Source: a bacterium (lineage in GTDB: Bacteria; Electryoneota; Electryoneia; Electryoneales; Electryoneaceae). From it: DNA of 64,000 bases. Under the pieces are notes generated by a model. That model was not told the origin of the DNA. It worked only from the letters and a program-made list of their open reading frames with translations, and did no database searches. Shown in pieces: positions 59,865-64,000 of this stretch (position 1 is the first letter of the stretch; every line of letters starts with the position of its first letter). Position numbers and translations under genes: made by a program. The stretch spans positions 4,352,001-4,416,000 of the forward strand of contig OY769902.1 in the NCBI GenBank assembly GCA_963669175.1, given 5' to 3'.

Positions 59865-60854
59865 ATGCAGTACGTAAGGATGGCCGCGATCTTTCTTGTT
59901 CTTTTCGCAGCAGTAGCTTTCGCGGATTATTCCCAGGAGTGGCAGGTTCAACAGAACTTCTACGATTACGGGATTCTGTATTTTGACTACAATCATGATG
60001 GCAGTGCGGAATTGACCAAGATGTGGGGGAACACTGTTACCGCCTATGACGGCTCATCGAATTATTCAGTTTTATGGTATCTCGAGCAGACGGATTATGA
60101 TGAGCTGTGTATATGGGACATCTACGATGATCTCATTGAAGGCCAGGAAATCGCCCTCTTTTTTGCAGATAACGTAGTTGATGAAACATCTACAAGGTTT
60201 TTCGCCTTTGAGGTTCTTGGCGACACCCCGGTATGGAGTTCCAATCTCTTTGATGGCTATTACAGCTACATCAGCGTAAAAGATATTGATGCGGATGGCG
60301 CAAAGGAAATCGTATTTGGATTGAACATTTACAATGCCGATGATGAGGACTATACTTCTCATTTTTACGTTCTGAATGGCCAGACAGGCGCCCTGGAGTA
60401 TACCAGTCCGGAATTCGCCGGATATATGCGCGGTCCGTTCCTTAATGACATGGATGATGATGGTGTTATCGAGATACTTCTCAACATTTACAACAACACG
60501 GATCAGACATCAGAACTGATCGTGTATTCCGATGATTCTCAAGGTGTGATTCAGACGGAAGATTTCCTCCCCAGGGACATCACTTTGCATTCCAATTTCC
60601 CGAACCCTTTTAATCCCGGCACCACGATTCCCATCACTTTGCAGTTGCGGGCTGAAGTGCGTATCGCTGTCTATGATATCCTCGGGCGTGAAATAACGGT
60701 ACTCATGGATGGCACACTTGGCGCCGGAACCCACCAGTTCTACTGGAATGGCAGGAATGATGCAGGTATTCCACTGGCATCAGGCGCTTACTTCTATGAG
60801 GTAAAAATCAATGGTCAACATCTTCTCAGAAAAGCCATGGTCCTGCTTAAATGA
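59865..60854 (+). CDS. Secreted FG-GAP/VCBS-like repeat protein with FlgD/T9SS-type C-terminal domain
   Basis: Signal peptide; DYNHDG, DIDADG and DMDDDG Ca-binding loops; NFPNPFNP...ASGAYFY...KAMVLLK. Confidence 0.85.
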   Translation: MQYVRMAAIFLVLFAAVAFADYSQEWQVQQNFYDYGILYFDYNHDGSAELTKMWGNTVTAYDGSSNYSVLWYLEQTDYDELCIWDIYDDLIEGQEIALFFADNVVDETSTRFFAFEVLGDTPVWSSNLFDGYYSYISVKDIDADGAKEIVFGLNIYNADDEDYTSHFYVLNGQTGALEYTSPEFAGYMRGPFLNDMDDDGVIEILLNIYNNTDQTSELIVYSDDSQGVIQTEDFLPRDITLHSNFPNPFNPGTTIPITLQLRAEVRIAVYDILGREITVLMDGTLGAGTHQFYWNGRNDAGIPLASGAYFYEVKINGQHLLRKAMVLLK

Positions 60855-61648
60855 GACTGATTGAACTGCTGGCAGCTCTATCGATTTATCCCTGGAACCT
60901 GGGTGCAGGTGGCTACTATACGTACGGCACATTCCGTGATGACCTTGTCTATCATGGCCAGTCCGCTATTGTAACCCTGGACAGGAAGAACAAGGATCTG
61001 CTTGAGTTCAAGTTCGAGGATTTCACCATTGACGGTGATGGACGCTCCTTTGAACAGACGAATTATATCGCACGTGCCGCCTGGTGGGCTGATAAACGAT
61101 GCCGTCCAGGCGCGTTTCTTTGGATTCCGCATACTGACTTCAAGTCGGATGAGTATTACCTGGGCGGCACGTTGGAGGGTGATTTCTCATTCGGCGGTTA
61201 CAGGCTGGCCATGACGCACAAGCACGGTCAGGATTTCGGGACTTTCGGGCCGGTTCAACGGTTTGATGCGAAACAATATGACGTATCACTTCACAAGTGG
61301 TTTGGTCCGCATCGTTTCCAGGTCGGTGTAACTCACGTGAGTCTCAACGAGGAGAATTATTACCTCCTTCGGTTGGCAACCTTGAGTCTGTTATCGAATC
61401 AAACAGTAGTGTTCCTGGAATACTCGACCGGGGAAAGCCGGTATTACGTTGAACCGTTTGACCTGGCTGTTCATGACAGCGAGGAGATACTAAAAGCGCA
61501 GTACGTAGCTGGTTTCACTTACAGGTTCTTTACCAACTTGTCCGGGTATGCCAGCTACATTCGAGTGGACATGGAATCCGCTTTCCCGGGTTTCATGTGG
61601 CCGGAAACCAAGCAGTACTACACAGTGGGCTTGCAGGTCAGGATTTAG
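60851..61648 (+). CDS. Putative outer-membrane beta-barrel protein
   Basis: Start overlaps the upstream stop; aromatic amphipathic strands; C-terminal YTVGLQVRI. Confidence 0.6.
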   Translation: MRLIELLAALSIYPWNLGAGGYYTYGTFRDDLVYHGQSAIVTLDRKNKDLLEFKFEDFTIDGDGRSFEQTNYIARAAWWADKRCRPGAFLWIPHTDFKSDEYYLGGTLEGDFSFGGYRLAMTHKHGQDFGTFGPVQRFDAKQYDVSLHKWFGPHRFQVGVTHVSLNEENYYLLRLATLSLLSNQTVVFLEYSTGESRYYVEPFDLAVHDSEEILKAQYVAGFTYRFFTNLSGYASYIRVDMESAFPGFMWPETKQYYTVGLQVRI

Positions 61649-61676
61649 AAGCGTTGACAGGTTTACAGAGGTTTTC

Positions 61677-62117
61677 ATGAGGCGGTTTTTTGCTTGGATT
61701 ATCGCAGTTTTTGTACTGGTTGGCTTTGCTGCTGCCGAGCCGGCGAAACTGCACGTGGATATTGTTGTGGATGCCGATCACGGCTGGCCGACAAAGCTCG
61801 TGGTCAGTGGAAACGTACCCCAGAGCAAGGCATGGCTTGGTATTTCCCTTTACCCTTACGCAGTCATTGATCCGATAAATGATGGCGATCATACAATCAT
61901 TGAACTGCCAAAGGGTGAATTCAAACGTGAGATCCCGGTTCCCTCAGGATTTCTTGGTGGTAGCTTCGAATTCGGTCTTTGGGGGAAACGGGTGGACAAA
62001 ATCGACTGCACCATTGATAACTGTTACTGGTGTAAAAAGAACGGTTTCCATCTGGATAGCTCACTGGCTTACAAGAGCGGACTTTTAACACGTCTAACCG
62101 GTTACGGTACAGAGTAA
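61677..62117 (+). CDS. Small secreted protein with C-x4-C-x2-C-x5-H motif
   Basis: GAGG RBS; signal peptide MRRFFAWIIAVFVLVGFAAA; DCTIDNCYWCKKNGFH. Confidence 0.75.
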   Translation: MRRFFAWIIAVFVLVGFAAAEPAKLHVDIVVDADHGWPTKLVVSGNVPQSKAWLGISLYPYAVIDPINDGDHTIIELPKGEFKREIPVPSGFLGGSFEFGLWGKRVDKIDCTIDNCYWCKKNGFHLDSSLAYKSGLLTRLTGYGTE

Positions 62118-62134
62118 TCCGGAAGGAGTACAGC

Positions 62135-62380
62135 ATGGGCACTACATTTAAAAGTGAAGTCACCGTAAGCAAGAGTGGCTTTGTTTTTGACCACTCTTCC
62201 GGGTTGACCTTTTCCCTGAACGAAACCGGTCATTTCATTTTCAAGGAACTTGAAGCCGGAAGCGAGCCCAGTGAGATCTTGAGCGGACTTATGGAAGAGT
62301 TTGCCGTGGATGATACAACAGCACGGAAAGACCTGGATGATTTCCTGCGTCAGCTCAAGGATCTTGGCTTTGTAGAATAA
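62135..62380 (+). CDS. Stand-alone PqqD-family RiPP recognition element (RRE)
   Basis: 81 aa; GFVFD...FSLNETGHFIFKEL...EEFAVD...ARKDLDDFLRQLKDLGFVE. Confidence 0.9.
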   Translation: MGTTFKSEVTVSKSGFVFDHSSGLTFSLNETGHFIFKELEAGSEPSEILSGLMEEFAVDDTTARKDLDDFLRQLKDLGFVE

Positions 62381-62501
62381 ACGGACCTTGTTGTCTAAAA
62401 ACGTAACTCCGCTTATTTCCTGTCGTTCCTTTAGAAGAACCCTGGAAAGAACGGTGAAACCTTTGCTGTATCGATAGTGGTTCGGTCCACTGGGAGTAAC
62501 C

Positions 62502-63575
62502 ATGAGTATAAATGTTGCGATCACCGGTCTTCACGCGACCGATAATCCTGCCCCGGGGATTGGTGTCATTCGTTCCCTGCGTCACCCGGACGGATGGGAT
62601 GGCGACATCATCGGCCTTGGCTATGACGTCTATGATACCGGGATTTATGACGTTGATCTTCTCGACCATACGTTCCTGATTCCTTATCCCAACCAGGGCG
62701 CGGATCACCTGTTCAGCCGCCTGATGTATGTCCATGAGCAGGTTCATATTGATGTGATCATTCCAACCCTGGACAGCGAATTGTCAGTTTTCCAAGTACT
62801 TGAGCCACGTCTGAATGAGGCCGGAATTCGCCTCTTCATTCCGAGTAAAGAAGTCACCGAAAAGCGTTCCAAGGCGAAACTGGTGGAATTCTGCGAGGAG
62901 AATGACATCAGCACACCGAAAACCATAGTCATCCGTGATCCAGCCAAGTTCGGCGACGCCCTGGATGATCTTGGCTTTCCTCTCTACGTCAAAGGTGTTT
63001 TTTACGATGCTTACAAGTGCAACACCAGGAGCGAAGCACTCAAGGCCTTTGAAAAGATGCGCCAGCAATGGGGGCTTCCGGTGCTGCTCCAGGAATCTCT
63101 CAACGGTGAAGAATTTGATGTCTGCGCTGTAAGCGATCAGGAAGGCGATCTGATTGGCGCAGTACCGATACGCAAGTTGCGCTTGACCGAAAAGGGCAAG
63201 GCCTGGGCGGCGGTTACCATTCGTAACAACGAATTGCTGGAAATGAGTCGTAAAATCTTGAAACGGCTGAAATGGTCCGGGCCCTGTGAGCTGGAAATCA
63301 TGCAGGAAAGCAGGACAAAGAAACTGTACCTGATTGAGATTAACCCACGTTTCCCGGCCTGGATATTTCTCGGAACCGGCGCCGAGCAGAATTTACCAAG
63401 AGTTGTTGTTGATCTTGCGCTGGGTAAAAAGGTTGAGCCGATGTCACCTGCCACCAGCGGGATCTCATTTGTACGTCATGCTACGGACCTGGTCTGCCCG
63501 CTCGAGTACCTCGAGAACCTGACCATGTACGGTGAACTTCACAACAAAGAGTACCGGGAGAGCAATCATGGCTAA
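62502..63575 (+). CDS. ATP-grasp ligase (carbamoyl-phosphate-synthase-like)
   Basis: IIPTLDSE, FPLYVKG, LLQE...GEEFD, GPCELE and LIEINPRFPAW. Confidence 0.9.
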   Translation: MSINVAITGLHATDNPAPGIGVIRSLRHPDGWDGDIIGLGYDVYDTGIYDVDLLDHTFLIPYPNQGADHLFSRLMYVHEQVHIDVIIPTLDSELSVFQVLEPRLNEAGIRLFIPSKEVTEKRSKAKLVEFCEENDISTPKTIVIRDPAKFGDALDDLGFPLYVKGVFYDAYKCNTRSEALKAFEKMRQQWGLPVLLQESLNGEEFDVCAVSDQEGDLIGAVPIRKLRLTEKGKAWAAVTIRNNELLEMSRKILKRLKWSGPCELEIMQESRTKKLYLIEINPRFPAWIFLGTGAEQNLPRVVVDLALGKKVEPMSPATSGISFVRHATDLVCPLEYLENLTMYGELHNKEYRESNHG

Positions 63576-64000
63576 GAAACCCTATGTGAAGCCGACCATT
63601 GTTCGTCATTCAGTTGGTGTTCAGAATAAATTCGGACGTCCGCCGTCAGCCGTGCCACGTGAATCCCTGGAAGGCTTCTCCGTGCGTGACCTTGCCAACA
63701 AGTACGGCTCACCTTTGTTCGTACTGTCGGTCAAGCAACTGCGAGACAAGTATCGTGACCTGGACCGGGCATTCCGCACACGTTACCCCAAGTTCCAGAT
63801 CGCCTATTCCTACAAAACGAACTACATGAAGTCCGTATGCTCTATCCTTCACCAGGAAGGGGCCTGGGCGGAGGTAGTATCCGGTTTCGAATATGATATC
63901 GCCGCTAACCTTGGTGTTCCAGGCGAACAGACAATCTTCAACGGACCCTATAAAACACGTGATGAGTTGAAGCGTGCTTTCGAAGCAGGGTCCATTGTCA
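63568..64000 (+). CDS. PLP-dependent type-III (diaminopimelate/ornithine-decarboxylase-like) enzyme, truncated by the window edge
   Basis: Not in the ORF track; translated by hand from ATG at 63568: MAKKPYVKPTIVRH...YGSPLFV...AYSYKTNY...AEVVSGFEY...IFNGPYK, including the PLP lysine motif. Confidence 0.88.
   Translation, partial: MAKKPYVKPTIVRHSVGVQNKFGRPPSAVPRESLEGFSVRDLANKYGSPLFVLSVKQLRDKYRDLDRAFRTRYPKFQIAYSYKTNYMKSVCSILHQEGAWAEVVSGFEYDIAANLGVPGEQTIFNGPYKTRDELKRAFEAGSIV

Noticed and set aside
62388-62477. 29-codon ORF between the RRE and ATP-grasp genes as a RiPP precursor
   Set aside because: TTG start without RBS and no leader or core motif.

Overview
A 64-kb bacterial chromosome segment. 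It probably comes from an FCB-group, non-Bacteroidota lineage; this is inferred from five proteins ending in a [YF]PNP[FC]N T9SS/FlgD-like sorting domain. Housekeeping and regulatory genes (rlmB-like methyltransferase, cold-shock protein, RsbW/STAS pair, MBL-fold and DHH phosphoesterases, gdhA, ferredoxin) alternate with AT-rich genes for secreted beta-propeller proteins. The window also holds an IS3 element, a 31-kb gene for a ~10,300-aa repetitive surface protein in a four-gene run, and the start of a PqqD/RRE + ATP-grasp + PLP-decarboxylase cluster. The best candidate for an undescribed system is a 1,790-bp element at 13595-15384. It carries only two paralogous DUF1670-like genes and no recognisable DDE transposase. 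It is bounded by 22-bp terminal inverted repeats (21/22 match) and a 4-bp TATT target duplication, and it sits in a host stop codon that its terminal base restores. Other notable signals are a lasso-leader-like YxxPxI motif on the decarboxylase next to the stand-alone RRE, a ~150-bp-period array of palindromic non-coding units with a remote homolog, inverted heptamer arrays bracketing a 6.3-kb island, and a 128-bp identical tract between diverged paralogs. All family assignments come from motif recognition by eye, not database searches.
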